Shown here: piece by piece, positions 10,498-22,079 of the stretch | How the letters are laid out: every line of letters starts with the position of its first letter | Numbering within the stretch: position 1 is the stretch's first letter | Source of the DNA: Rhizodiscina lignyota | Lineage: Eukaryota | Assembly (NCBI GenBank): GCA_010015805.1 | Contig: ML978123.1 | Location: forward strand, 992,001 to 1,056,000 | Reading direction: 5' to 3' | DNA: 64,000 nt | The notes under the pieces: model-generated | The model's database searches: none | What the model was told of the DNA's origin: nothing | What the model saw: only the letters and a program-made list of their open reading frames with translations | Position numbers and translations under genes: made by a program

Positions 10498-13404
10498 ATG
10501 GAAGCTGCCATTCGCTGGTCGCCGCACCCAACTGCGCTGAACTCAAGATTCATTATTGTTGATGTTGCTGGTAATCGGCTTCGCCTCTGCGAGCTTGGTG
10601 CTTCCAAGGGTAAGGCGGTCGGGTACAAGCAAATATGTCAGCGCGACAGGTTACCGAACTTTACGGCGTTCGACTGGTCTAAGACCCAGGATTCTCTCGT
10701 TGCTATTGGAGCTGCCTCTGGAGAAGCGACTCTGGTCCAACTTGATTCCACAGTCACTTATCCAGACAGTATAAGGGCGTTCCCCATCAAACATCAGCGG
10801 AAATGCAACTCCATTGCTTTCAGCACGAACAACCTCCTGGCGACCGGCCTGGATAGAGTACGTAATGACTGCTGCATGAACATTTACGATCTTGCGGCTG
10901 CCATCTCTCCGGGCCGGCAGCAAGAACCGTACCGCAAGTTGGCAAGCTCAGAGGCGATTATGAGCATCAAGTTTTTTGCTCAACAACCGGACACGCTAAT
11001 TGCGGGTGTGTCAAGACAATGCATCAGATTGTACGATCTGAGGGACCCAACAGGAAACGTCTCTCAACTTCCGACCCGGCAGGTACACAATCTGGCTATT
11101 GATCCACTGGATGAGAACTACTTTGTCTCTGCTGGACCGTCCGGTGAACCTATCGTCTCCGTGTGGGACAAGCGGTTCACTTCATCGGCCATCCCTGGAA
11201 CGCCATCCGGCGGCCTGCCTGGACCAATTGTGGAATTTCGTCCTGCAGTAGACACTGCACAATCAACTTCCATCTGGAGTTTGCGATTTTCTGGAACCCA
11301 AAAAGGCGTCTTTGGTGTTCTATCCAGCGCCGGAGAGATCAAAATCATCGAACTAGCCCATCATTCTGGGTCTGGAACCACTTTATCGGCGCCAGCAAAT
11401 CCCCATGGTGGAAGCGCGTGGTCTTCAAGAACGTATGCGAGCTATACTCACAACCTTACGTACCCTTGGTATCAGACCGAACATCGCCATGATGAAAACA
11501 TGCGGATTATCGCATATGACTTCATGTCTGCTGGTAATCCCATTGATGATCATGCGGCTGTAGCACTTCACCCAGATCGAGCGATCCAGGTCTTTAGGAT
11601 TCCCTCAAAGGCAGGACCACTTAAGATGACCGCACTTGATGAGCTTTACGCCTGGGGCCAAGCGACTGCGGTGGTGAGGCCGATGCCGAATTACTCAAAA
11701 GTTGCATCTGATCTAGAAGAATTGCAAATGAAAACGCTACCGGATCATCATTCTGGAACAGTGGAAGAGAGCACCTCCACGATAGACGCGCAGGTCGAGA
11801 GTCTTCGGTTGAGTACCTCGATCAAGAGCATGGACACGCACCTATCCAGCCGAGAAGCGCATTGTCATCTTCTAAACATGAATTTTCCTGAAAGCAAATT
11901 AAGTTTTGAAGACATGCTCCGCCTTCAGACAGTTCAGCGGCGCCGGTGTCTTGAAGGATACCTCTTCAATCCAACAAAGAACAAGGACATTGTTGCCAAT
12001 GATCCTTGGCTTGTGGACTTGTGGGACACTGTCAGGCGATTCCATGATCTAGCCAAAGATAGCGGCATGAGCATGAACGGCATTGATTTGAGCTACTTGG
12101 GAATTTTTTCGATCCTAAGCAACTCGTTGGGGCTCAATAGCCGTAATCGATTACTTGGTTCAGAAAAGCATGCAGAAGGAATCTCCATTCGCGTTGCGAT
12201 AAGAGATCTTGTTGCCCGGAAGGGCTATTACTCCTTCAAAGGTGTCAAGTCTTCATTTCCGGAACACAGGCAGCTCTGCCTACTTCTCTGCGGCTGGACC
12301 TTTCACAAAGAGCGTTTACGAGCAAGGTGTCTAGAGCTTGTTGAGGCGGATGAAACATACAAGGCCATTGCTTTGTGTGTGTTTCGCGGCTACAAGGACC
12401 TCGCGCTTGAGCTTCTTAAGACTGCAGTCAAGCAAAAACGCATTCAGAACATCGGGCTCGGCGCCGTGATTGCATGCGACTCTGTTGACGCGGAGCAACG
12501 TGAGCTTTGCCGGTGGATGAGCGATGAAACAGATGATCCTTACCTCAAGGCAATGATGGAGTACTTCGTGTCCGGCGACTGGGCCAGAGTTGCCAACATG
12601 AAACAGTTGGCGCTCGTGGACAGGGTGTCTGTTGCACTCAAGTACTTCGAAGACGATAGACTGCAAGAGTTCATCAAGCTGCAGATGAGCGAAGCAATTG
12701 TGTACTCCAACATTGAAGGCATCGTCCTTACGGGCTTGGTCGACAAAGGCATGGATCTATTCGAGCACTACATCCGCAAGCACAACGACATTCAGACACC
12801 TGTCCTTGTGATGGCACACACTGTGCCTCTTTATCTCAAGGACAGCCGCTTCGATGCCTGGAAAGAAACATACTTTATGCAAATGCAAGCCTGGCGCGCA
12901 TTCACCCAACGCACTCGCTTTACCGTTCTGCACAATCGTATGAGTGTCACACGCGACAGCCGTCAACTTATCAAGCCACCTGATCAGCGGGTCAGCTTGC
13001 GCTGTTTGCACTGCCAGCAGAACCTGGCGTACCATCCACAGAAGACAGTTCCAGACGAAATGGATGGGGATACTACCACCATCACAACTTCTCTGCCGAG
13101 GCCAAGCAACACCCCTAGTATGAACGCTGGGACCATATGCCCACATTGCAAGCGGCCGATGCCTCGATGTGGGATATGTATGCTCTGGCTTGGGAGTCCA
13201 GATCCTGCGCGTCCAGGCGGCGCAGCGGCGTTGGCGGAGAAGAGCGAAGGGAAACCTAAGGAGGCAATGGCGTTGGAAAAGATGACTGTTTGGTGCATGA
13301 ATTGTAACCATGGCTTTCATGGAGGTCATGCGAGGGAGTGGTTTGCAAGGCATCGGCTGTGCGCCGTGCCGGATTGCGGATGCCATTGTGGGGTGCTTCA
13401 TTGA
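10498..13404 (+). CDS. SEA4: SEA/GATOR2 complex subunit Sea4/MIOS (WD40 + solenoid + C-terminal zinc finger/RING)
   Basis: Intronless 968 aa. WD40 N-terminus (RKCNSIAFS, LATGLDRVRND), GIVLTGL, C-terminal CPHCKRPMPRCGIC and WCMNCNHGFHGGHAREWF...CAVPDCGCHC. Confidence 0.92.
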   Translation: MEAAIRWSPHPTALNSRFIIVDVAGNRLRLCELGASKGKAVGYKQICQRDRLPNFTAFDWSKTQDSLVAIGAASGEATLVQLDSTVTYPDSIRAFPIKHQRKCNSIAFSTNNLLATGLDRVRNDCCMNIYDLAAAISPGRQQEPYRKLASSEAIMSIKFFAQQPDTLIAGVSRQCIRLYDLRDPTGNVSQLPTRQVHNLAIDPLDENYFVSAGPSGEPIVSVWDKRFTSSAIPGTPSGGLPGPIVEFRPAVDTAQSTSIWSLRFSGTQKGVFGVLSSAGEIKIIELAHHSGSGTTLSAPANPHGGSAWSSRTYASYTHNLTYPWYQTEHRHDENMRIIAYDFMSAGNPIDDHAAVALHPDRAIQVFRIPSKAGPLKMTALDELYAWGQATAVVRPMPNYSKVASDLEELQMKTLPDHHSGTVEESTSTIDAQVESLRLSTSIKSMDTHLSSREAHCHLLNMNFPESKLSFEDMLRLQTVQRRRCLEGYLFNPTKNKDIVANDPWLVDLWDTVRRFHDLAKDSGMSMNGIDLSYLGIFSILSNSLGLNSRNRLLGSEKHAEGISIRVAIRDLVARKGYYSFKGVKSSFPEHRQLCLLLCGWTFHKERLRARCLELVEADETYKAIALCVFRGYKDLALELLKTAVKQKRIQNIGLGAVIACDSVDAEQRELCRWMSDETDDPYLKAMMEYFVSGDWARVANMKQLALVDRVSVALKYFEDDRLQEFIKLQMSEAIVYSNIEGIVLTGLVDKGMDLFEHYIRKHNDIQTPVLVMAHTVPLYLKDSRFDAWKETYFMQMQAWRAFTQRTRFTVLHNRMSVTRDSRQLIKPPDQRVSLRCLHCQQNLAYHPQKTVPDEMDGDTTTITTSLPRPSNTPSMNAGTICPHCKRPMPRCGICMLWLGSPDPARPGGAAALAEKSEGKPKEAMALEKMTVWCMNCNHGFHGGHAREWFARHRLCAVPDCGCHCGVLH

Positions 13405-13694
13405 TAAAGACCATGTATAAATAGTTAGTTTTCGGAGATATCACATTGGATCGCTTCTAGCTGTAATAGTGTGCCCTGTAAAAGCTCGCCCAGCTCCGAG
13501 ACTTGCGCTTCTATTGACGAAATATTACTGAACTCGGTTTTGAAGCGCTAAGAATAGATGTGTTCACTGGACTTTACTTTGAACATGTGAAAATTGCATA
13601 ACGGAACACGCAGTGACGTAAAGTTAATTCTGAAGCCTATTTAATGTATATTTTTGCACCGCTCTCTCGCTTCCGCCTTTCACCCACAAACACA

Positions 13695-15459
13695 ATGCCT
13701 CCCAACTACGACGATGAGATCGACTTCGCTGCGCTTGCGCTGCAAGATCCTGATTTCGCCAAAGTCCTCAGTTCGACTGGAAAACTTGATTTCCACGATG
13801 CGAAGGCGGTGCAGTGAGTGATTGAAACCGACTGTCGACTAATGGAAGGCTTTTTGATCTTACCTCCGAATCAAGACAGTTGACCAAGAGTCTCCTTAAA
13901 CGTGATTTCGGACTTCAGATTGAGCTCCCAGATGACAGATTATGCCCTCCTGTAAGCAATCAAAGCACTACGCGTATAGAACGCGTCTAACATCACGCGT
14001 CTCTTAGGTGCCTGTTCGGTAGGTCACGCACACTCATTGCCCACTTTATACGAAATAGTTCTGCATCATCCTTTTCGCTATACTTCTCTTGGCAGGAATG
14101 CATCATCTTCATTAACGTTTTGTCTTCAATCTTCATTTGTCCTTAATGGGCAGCGACGACATTCTTACTGCGCTTCGTTTGAACGTGTTCAAGCCTCAAC
14201 TGGCGATTTCCGCGTTTATCATAGTATCATAACTTCATAATCCTGACATCGACACAGCTACAATTATGTCCGATGGATTGAAAGCCTAATCGATACCACT
14301 GGCCCTTCATACATGGACAAGTATGACCCGGAGCGCTCAATCATTGGCATCGACATGTTTGTTTGATCCCATCACTCATTTTTTGCCCCACTCTAACACC
14401 TTCATAGTGGAACTGGTGCTTCAGCAATCTATCCGCTCCTCTTCTGTGCCTCACGTCCGAGCTATCGTCTCGGCGCAACCGATATTGATCTTCCATCTCT
14501 CACCTCGGCAGCGAAGAACATCTCCCTGAACGACCTCTCATCGCGTATCCGACTCCTCGAGACGACTTCCGCTGATCCACTTATCCCGCTCGATGGTCTA
14601 AGCATTGAACATGCAGACTTCACCATATGCAATCCTCCATTCTACTCATCCGTCGAGGAAATGCAGGCGGCGTTCACGGGTGAGGGGAAGTCAAAACCTC
14701 CAAGCGCGGTCTGCACGGGTAGTGAGAATGAAATGGTGACTGAGGGTGGAGATGTCGGATTCGTACTACGAATGGTAGAGGAGAGTAAGCAGCTCAAAGA
14801 GAAGGTGCAGTGGTACTCCAGTATGCTCGGGAAGTTGGAGAGCTTACGGGCGGTCGTTGCCAAGCTCAAGGAGATTGAAGTCTCCAACTGGGCCGTATGC
14901 TGTCTCAGAGCTGGTGCAAAAACGAGGAGATGGGCTGTGGCCTGGAGTTGGGGGGACTCGAGGCCGAGAAATGTGCGTTTGTAATCTTCACTCCTATGGT
15001 GGCGGTACTGTTACTCTAACGGTGATGTAGGATGTGGCACGAGGAGAATCGCTTGGCAAAGAGTTCTTGCCGGCCGCCACGGAGCTCACGATACCAATTT
15101 CTGCCAAGAATGTTGATGAGATAGTCGAAAAGCTCAACAAGATGATGGAGTCACTGGACCTCCGCTGGCTGTGGAAAGTGTCGCTGAAAGCCGGTTTGGC
15201 TATTGCGCGTGAGAACGTCTGGTCGCGGGCTGCGCGGCGCAAGCAGCAGCGCCAGGATGCGGATCGAGGCGAGAATGCAAAGCATACTAAAGATGGTGAC
15301 GACTCCGACTCCGACGAGGACGAGAAAGTGGCGTTGGCTGTAAAGATTACCGCAGAGAAGGAGGCGATCCAGCTGAGGTGGCTGAGAGGCAGTGACTATG
15401 TACTCTTCGAGAGCTTCGCCGGCATGCTGAAGCGGACTGTGCGAGAGACTGGAGGATGA
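13695..15459 (+). CDS. METTL16/DUF890-family RNA N6-adenosine methyltransferase (U6 snRNA m6A)
   Basis: Reconstructed exons 13695-13813, 13876-13951, 14008-14018, 14258-14356, 14408-14972, 15031-15459. These give [28 protein letters not shown], SAM-binding GIDIGTGASAIYP, catalytic CNPPFY, EMVTEGGDVGF, WYSSMLGK and TRRWAVAWSW. Confidence 0.92.
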
Positions 15460-15530
15460 CGACTTGTGGTTGATATCCCGCCTCGGCGTAGCGATTTCCA
15501 TCGCTGATCTAAGTTGGGTATCGTGGATAT

Positions 15531-15914
15531 TCACATTCTGGTCCCTTCCTCGTGCTTGCGATCTGCGATTTCTAGAAGAGCTCTGGCACGGGGTGGATCG
15601 AATATTCCTTCAAGCCTCTTCTTGAGCGTATAGTCAGAAACACAGGCGTTTGGGCAAGCACCGCTGACCAAAAACAACTCAATTTCTTCGAAGAGGTCTT
15701 GGTGGCGCTCCTCTTGTTTGTTCATCAAGCTTGCCAAGCGAAGGTCCCGTATCGTATTCCCTTTATATGGCTCGTTCGGTTGGCACCTCCTTGGGACAGC
15801 AGCTTGAACAAAGCTAGTTGTAGATTTCATGAGTACCGGCTGTCACTCTCCAGGTGAACTCCACAAATTGAACTATATTTCCGGCGAGGCCAATTGCGAA
15901 AGTGGATCAAGCAT
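15531..15914 (-). pseudogene. Internally deleted, frameshifted remnant of a fungal NACHT/NLR-like gene
   Basis: ATG at 15914 gives MLDPL(S), a 1-nt frameshift, then AIGLAGNIVQFVEFTWRVTAGTHEIYN (SesA/HeLo-like N-terminal signature). This joins directly to LFKLLSQGGAN, a second frameshift, then PNEPYKGNTI...IELFLVSGACPNA...ARALLEIA (ankyrin-like C-terminal segments). Confidence 0.6.
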
Positions 15915-16430
15915 CGTGCCCAAGGTTTATTCACGTGCTGCAGAACGATGACATAGATGATGACCAGAGGAACCACAAGGCTGTGGCCACGGTGAACATA
16001 AGGTCGCGAATACCAAACTGATGCGTTTTGGTCAAAAACAAGCTTACAGAATGGATACAATTCAGCTTGCTGTGAGAATGAACGGGGATCTTTTGACGAC
16101 ATAGGAAGACTTTCGGACTATTGAAAGAGCTGAGGCCGAATGCGTTGGCGGCGAAGGGACAGCTGAGCCACTGCAATTCAGCCTTGACATGCACAGTACC
16201 CTCCGGCCTTGCTACCTTGCAGCATCGCAAATTTGTTTAATTAGCCGTTGATTAGGCATTGATGTCGATTGCTGGGCAGGCATGCACATTGACATAGTCA
16301 TTACGGAGTACCAATGGCCAAAAGGCCATTCTCCAAGGAGGTCCGAAGCTCAATCAATTTAGCAAGGCCTACGAAGAGTAACTTGTTCTTCCGATGTATT
16401 GTTCAAGACGCCGAGATCCATCATGATAAT

Positions 16431-17403
16431 TCACCACTTGTTCTCCTTCCTTCCCAGGAAATCTTTCAGCGTTGCTACAATCTTCTCCAGAGAAGACAGC
16501 CACACCTCCAGTTCCTGATCAACCTTTGCCTTGTCATCCCCCATCTTCGCATAAAAGTCTTTCCTGTATGGCGTCGCACTCATCGCGGCACTGAAGATCG
16601 GCTTGACCATGAAGGAGTGGTGAGGCTTGAGGGTTTCGCCGTAGGCAGCGCGGAAGGAGTTTGAGAGTTCTTCGGTTGGGTTGCTCACGTTCTGGCGGAG
16701 GGCTTGGGCGGTGAAGTCGAGACCACTGATAATATAGCCAAGTCAGCTCTGCGTAGTACCAAAAGTACGGTATACGGAGAAATATATTGAATGAGAAGAG
16801 GAAGTTATATACCGGTTCAGCCATACAAGGCCTTCCGTCGCCGTGTGCTTCTTTGCTTTGAGCTCATTCTGGACGAGGGATTGGAGAGTGGCAGATTCGG
16901 CTGGCGCTTCGCTCTGACGTGTGCGAATTTTCTATATATTCACATTAGCAATTTGGGTGCGAGATGGCGACGTTTTCGATTGCTATGAGCACTGAAGGAG
17001 ATCAGACGGAAAACGACGTACTGTGATGTTTCCGGTCATGTCTCCCTTCACAGGCTTAAATGCGACAGAGCCCAAGACGTCTATCTCACAAAGACGTCAG
17101 TAGAGCGATCGTGTTATAACGTCTTGCATATCCTTAAATATCTTCGACTCCTCGCACACAGGGCAGTTCTCAGATGGGTGGTCTCCAAAGGCATTCGAGG
17201 TCAGGACTTCGACGACTGCACCTCATCTTCAGCTCGAACAGAAGGCACAACGCACCAAAGAGGGTAGTGAGACTCTCCGCAGCGTCACAAAACTCGGTGG
17301 TAGATATAGCATTGTCGTTGGCAGCATCGACAGGCACGTCTTTGAAGGACTTCTTCAAGGTGTCGAAGTAGGTCCCACCAGCCGGAACTTGAGGTGCAGA
17401 CAT
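16431..17403 (-). CDS. het-c2: Glycolipid transfer protein HET-C2/GLTP, 4 exons
   Basis: MSAPQVPAGGTYFDTLKKSFKDVP...AAESLTTLF|DVLGSVAFKPVKGDMTGNIT|KIR...ATEGLVWLNR|GLDF...AYGETLKPHHSFMVKPIFSAAMSATPYRKDF. All joins are canonical GT-AG introns. Confidence 0.93.
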
Positions 17404-17932
17404 GATGAGAACTTGAGAGAGATGCTTCCTATGAAATTTGCAGAAGCTTGAGAGTTCAATTGACGGTGAGAGAAGTCGTAGGTCAAGTGAAGAAAGGAAA
17501 GAAGTACAGGGGCGCCGCAGCTGTTGAGATGCAAGCTGAGGGGCCACAGCACGTTGCGGTGTGGATCGTGAGCTCGCTTGAGCTTGGCTGGCGTAAGGGC
17601 CTCACTGGCGCGTCCTGGTTTCAGATGCTCTCAACCCCTGAATGAAATTAATTGAATGAGGCTCAAACTTTTGCTTAGCTGTCAGGTACAATCTCGAGAA
17701 TGGCTTCTGGAACCATGGCTGCATGGAATACAGCTTGAGCGAAAGCTTAACGGCGAGCTCCCCGCCCGCAATGACATCCCCCGAGAGGGGCAGCAATAAT
17801 GTAACTCCGCGTTCGCTCGCGCAAAGAAGTGCGGGACGCCTCGGAAATATAAATCTAAGAAATATGTCTCTGGCTGTAGAATGTCAATTCTCATTTCGTT
17901 GATCCTAAATGACATCCACAATCGTCCCAAGC

Positions 17933-19064
17933 ATGGCCAAAACGTACAAGATTGCCACCATTCCAGGTGACGGCATTGGCGTCGACATCACAGATGCGGC
18001 CATTCAGGTATTGAAGAAGTTGTCAGACGCGTCTGGGAGCTTCCAGTTCGAGTTCACAAACTTTGATTGGAGCAGTAAAACGTACAAAGAGCGTGGTTAC
18101 TACATCCCGGAGGATGGCATTGAGCAATTGAAGAAGTTTGACGCCATTTACTTTGGAGCCGTTGGTTGGCCTGGTAAGCTCGTGCACAATGCTCTAGTCC
18201 ATTCCTCTCAAAGTCATCACCGCCTCACGGCTTCCAGATGTTCCCGATCATATATCTCTATGGGGTCTCATGCTGCCACTACGCAATTCCCTTTGCCAAT
18301 ACGTCAATGTTCGTCCGACTCGGATCATCCCAGGCACGTCCTCTCCTCTCGCAAACTGTAAGCCCGGAGACCTCGATTGGGTCATCATCCGCGAGAACAG
18401 CGAGGGCGAGTACGCCGGCCATGGTGGAGAGACACACACCTATTACGATAACGCTGTCGCCACGGACGTCAGCATTTACACTCAAGTCGGAATTGAGAGG
18501 ATCATGCGATTTGCTTTCGAGACGGCAAAGAGCAGGCCAAGGAAGAAGTTGACAATGGTTACAAAGAGTAACGCCCAACGCCACGGGATGGTCCTCTGGG
18601 ATCGGATATTCAACTATATCAAGAAGGAATTCCCGGAGGTAGAGACCGACAAGATGCTTGTTGATGCTATGACAGTACGCATGGTGTTGCAACCAAGTTC
18701 AATGGACACAATTGTGGCCACGAATCTTCATGCGGACATCCTGTCCGACTTGGCGGCCGCCCTATCGGGGAGCATTGGAATTGCACCCAGTAGTAACTTG
18801 GATCCAACGAGGAAGAATCCAAGCATGTTCGAGCCAATCCACGGGAGCGCGCCCGATATTGCGGGGAAGGGGATTGCGAATCCCGTTGGCGCATTCTGGA
18901 GCGCTGCCGAGATGGTTGAGTGGATTGGCGAAAAAGACGCTGCTGCAAAGTTAATGAAGGCCATAGAGACAGTGACGGAGGCAGGAGTGAAGACGAAAGA
19001 TTTAGGAGGGAGCAAAAACACCAAAGAGGTAACTGACGCAATTTGCGCAGAGATTGGGAAGTGA
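17933..19064 (+). CDS. Tartrate dehydrogenase/decarboxylase-like (isocitrate/isopropylmalate dehydrogenase family)
   Basis: IATIPGDGIG, FGAVGWP then intron 18174-18237 then DVPDHISLWG, IIRENSEGEY, VTKSNAQ, NLHADILSDL, MFEPIHGSAPDIAGKGIANP. Confidence 0.9.
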
Positions 19065-19164
19065 TATGTCATAGGCAGTGTGTACTAATAGTGTAGATAA
19101 AATCTTACCAATCGTCATTCACTTCCGATTGAAGTCTCTTTAGCGTAGAGATTCGATGAGAAAG

Positions 19165-19894
19165 CTATTCCATATATTCCTTTGGCACTGGCGGTCTAAA
19201 TACTCCAGGAGTGATCTTGGTCTTGGTCTTGGTTTTTACGAGCTCTGTCACGACAGGTCCGGCTCGATGCCATGGCCACATAACGTATCTTGCTTTTCCA
19301 GTCATTAGAGCCAATGAGATCTGCTAAAGTCAACGAGCTAAACAGTGTATTGGTGCTCCAAGAATTCCTTACAGGCCCGTAGTCACGGCTGTCCATGCTC
19401 TTGTCACTATTGTCCCCTTCTACCCAAACATGGTTATAAGGAATGATCACAGTGTCTGGACCTCCAATCTTGCCTCCATTCTTCACCAAGTCTCTTGCTA
19501 CATCGAGCGCAGTATCAGCTTCATCAACCCCCTTATAACCAGCACCATATCTGACTCTTTTCTCGGGCACTACCGTGTCGCCCGGCAGGCCTACCACCCT
19601 TTTCACACTTAGTTTCTCTGTATTATTCATCGGGGTCCAGAAGAAGATAACGTCTCCTCTCTTGATGTGGTTTATGTTCCAGGCTTTTGTCGTGGATGAG
19701 TCCACGCGTTGAGGCGTCTTTCGAAACTTCGTTATTAGAACGAGATCTTCTTCGCCTGTCTCGTGGTAGGTCGGCGACAACGTAGGTGCCATTGAGTCGC
19801 CTGTGATGGCGGCAACCTGAAGTACATGGTCATTGATGCTGATGATGCAGCAGCCGAAGACCGTAAGGCGCCATAGGTGTATGCCGATGCCCAT
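19165..19894 (-). CDS. IMP2: Mitochondrial inner membrane peptidase subunit (S26, Imp2-like)
   Basis: Catalytic GDSMAPTL and VKRVVGLPGD, plus WVEGDN...SMDSRDYGP. An intron at ~19372-19321 leads to ISLALMTGKARYVMWP...TAG at 19165. Start codon uncertain. Confidence 0.8.
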
Positions 19895-20583
19895 GAGAGC
19901 TCGGAGATGGCGCGGGAGGTTGGACCGTGGATGATGGCCGCGATCTCGTGGACGCGGGACAACAATAGACCAGTAATAGTTGGCCTCGAATGGTCATATC
20001 ATTTTGCTCTAAAGTATGTAGCGGCTATAACCTCTTGAATTCGAGGTCGTGTCGTGTGAGTAAAGCCATTGAAGTCCGGAGCTTGCCGGCGTTAAATTTC
20101 TCGGCTAAATTTCTCGGTCAAAGCTCTCAATTGCAGGGACTGCCTCTCCTCCACCCTTCTGGCTTCATCCACAATTGGTACATGCTGTGCTTGGCCTTGC
20201 GACTCGAATCTCAACAGAAACTCGTAAGACGGATTTTGAACTTGAGCTAGAGCTATTCACGAAAGAAGTGCTCATGTTTCAAGTCGAGAAAGAAGTAAGA
20301 CCGGAGGGATTTTCAGATGTTTCATTTCAGCTCATTACGCCTCATATAAATTCCTACTGTCCTCGACAGTCGCGTCAACTGTTTTGTTCTGCTTCGCTCC
20401 AGTTTTAAAGCATACACTTTCCCCGCAGAGCTCGTAATGTCGAAGCTGTCAGGAGGTGCCCAGAACGTCCTAGCGCGTGAGCACGTGCATTCGTGTATTA
20501 TAGGATTTCTTCTTCAGAGATCTCTCTCTTGAATCAATCCACGAGATTCACAACTTCGTGCTTGCTACGTGCTCCTCCAATAG

Positions 20584-21330
20584 AAGCCATCTATTGTAAT
20601 TGTACACGGCTCCTTTCACGTCCCCGAGCATTTCGACTCTCTCATAACCGTCCTAAGTAATGCTGGATATACTGTTACTGTGCCTCTGCTCCCTTCCATA
20701 TCTGCAAAGCCAGCTGTAACATCACTCGACCCAGACATCCAGGCGGTGCGTGACGCTATCGAGGCTGAGTTGAAAGATGGGAAAGACGTCATCGTGTTTG
20801 CCCACTCTTACGGAGGAGTCCCGTCCTCTTCTGCACTGAAAGGCCTGAGTAAGACGGTTCGTGAGAGTCAAGGCTCAAAAGGAGGCGTAATCAAAATCAT
20901 ATACTGCGCAAGCCATCTGATTGACGAGGGAGCGACGCTGGCAGAGCTAAATCCGGATGCATTGGAAGCTGCGAAGACTGTAGCAGTCGACGGCTTCATG
21001 GCGCCTCCGGAAGGGTTCCGCGAGCAGTTCTACAACCTTCAGACGGAATCAATTGCGAACCACGCGCTCAGTCTGCTCCGGCTGTGGTCAATTGGCATGG
21101 TGTTTACGAAAGCAACCTACGCCCCATGGCGACATGATGAGATACCAGCAACCTACATCTTCTGCGAAAAGGATCGAGCTGTGCCGCCTCCATTTCAAGA
21201 GCTCCTTACCAAGGACCGTAACTTCGAAATTGTCAGGACTGACTCTGACCACAGTCCATTTCTGGATCGACCTGAATGGGTTGCAAAAGTCATTCGAAGA
21301 GCTGCCGGAGAAGACGTAATGGATCTTTAG
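20584..21330 (+). CDS. Alpha/beta hydrolase (Abhydrolase_6, methylesterase-like); 5' end unresolved or damaged
   Basis: KPSIVIVHGSFH (oxyanion), AHSYGG (nucleophile), CEKDRAVP (acid), SDHSPF (His). An in-frame TAG lies immediately upstream at 20581 and I found no phase-compatible first exon. Confidence 0.75.
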   Translation, partial: KPSIVIVHGSFHVPEHFDSLITVLSNAGYTVTVPLLPSISAKPAVTSLDPDIQAVRDAIEAELKDGKDVIVFAHSYGGVPSSSALKGLSKTVRESQGSKGGVIKIIYCASHLIDEGATLAELNPDALEAAKTVAVDGFMAPPEGFREQFYNLQTESIANHALSLLRLWSIGMVFTKATYAPWRHDEIPATYIFCEKDRAVPPPFQELLTKDRNFEIVRTDSDHSPFLDRPEWVAKVIRRAAGEDVMDL

Positions 21331-22079
21331 TTGACTTCCGCGACAGGCCGCCTGAAGAGGATTTGATTCCGAATAAGAGCTTTGGGCTAGATCGCATAGC
21401 AACAAATCGACCCTTTTCTACGCTGAGCTAAGCGTTGACCTCATTCGTAACTGAAGAGAACAAGCCATCATCCAGCAGGTCTTAGATGGACTTCATTCCT
21501 TGCTCGTGCGACAGGAAGCGTCTGGGTCTCCTTGGCTGCATGTTTCCTTACCTCGAAACTCCAGTTACGCACCTATGAATGCTTAGTGCAAGTGCCAAGG
21601 ACTTTCCATGCATAGCGGAGCGGGAAGGAATGTTACTTCTTGGGCGGTGCTATCACAGACGCTCATTCGAGAGTTCCATGTACATTTCGACTCTTCGGTC
21701 GATTTGTTAATCCTCCAATCGACCCTATGACCGCGTCAGCATAAAATCTCTCCTGTCTAGAATCTCACCTGCGTAACAAGGCAAAATATCACCTGGATCT
21801 AGGCCCGCCTTGGCAATATACGATATAGAAGTCCATCATGTATTAATGGCACGATGGTGTGGCGCTGCTTCTTGCAGGTTGTCCTCTGAGTGTCCAGACA
21901 AGGTCAGCTGCATTTTCATTTTTAGTGCTGTGCACTTCGCTGAAAAGGCCGGCAAATCTGCTGATTTCCTTTCATATCCGACCGCTCAAGCGGGATACAT
22001 AACACATTCAGAGCCAGGTCCTACCTGGCTTTACAGCATTCAACCCAATTCTTCCAGATCACTATCAAGAAACGCCAAC

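Noticed and set aside
20573..21719. TCCTCCAAT (GARE consensus) at 20573 and 21711
   Set aside because: Not near pectin genes, and about 2 matches are expected by chance in 64 kb.
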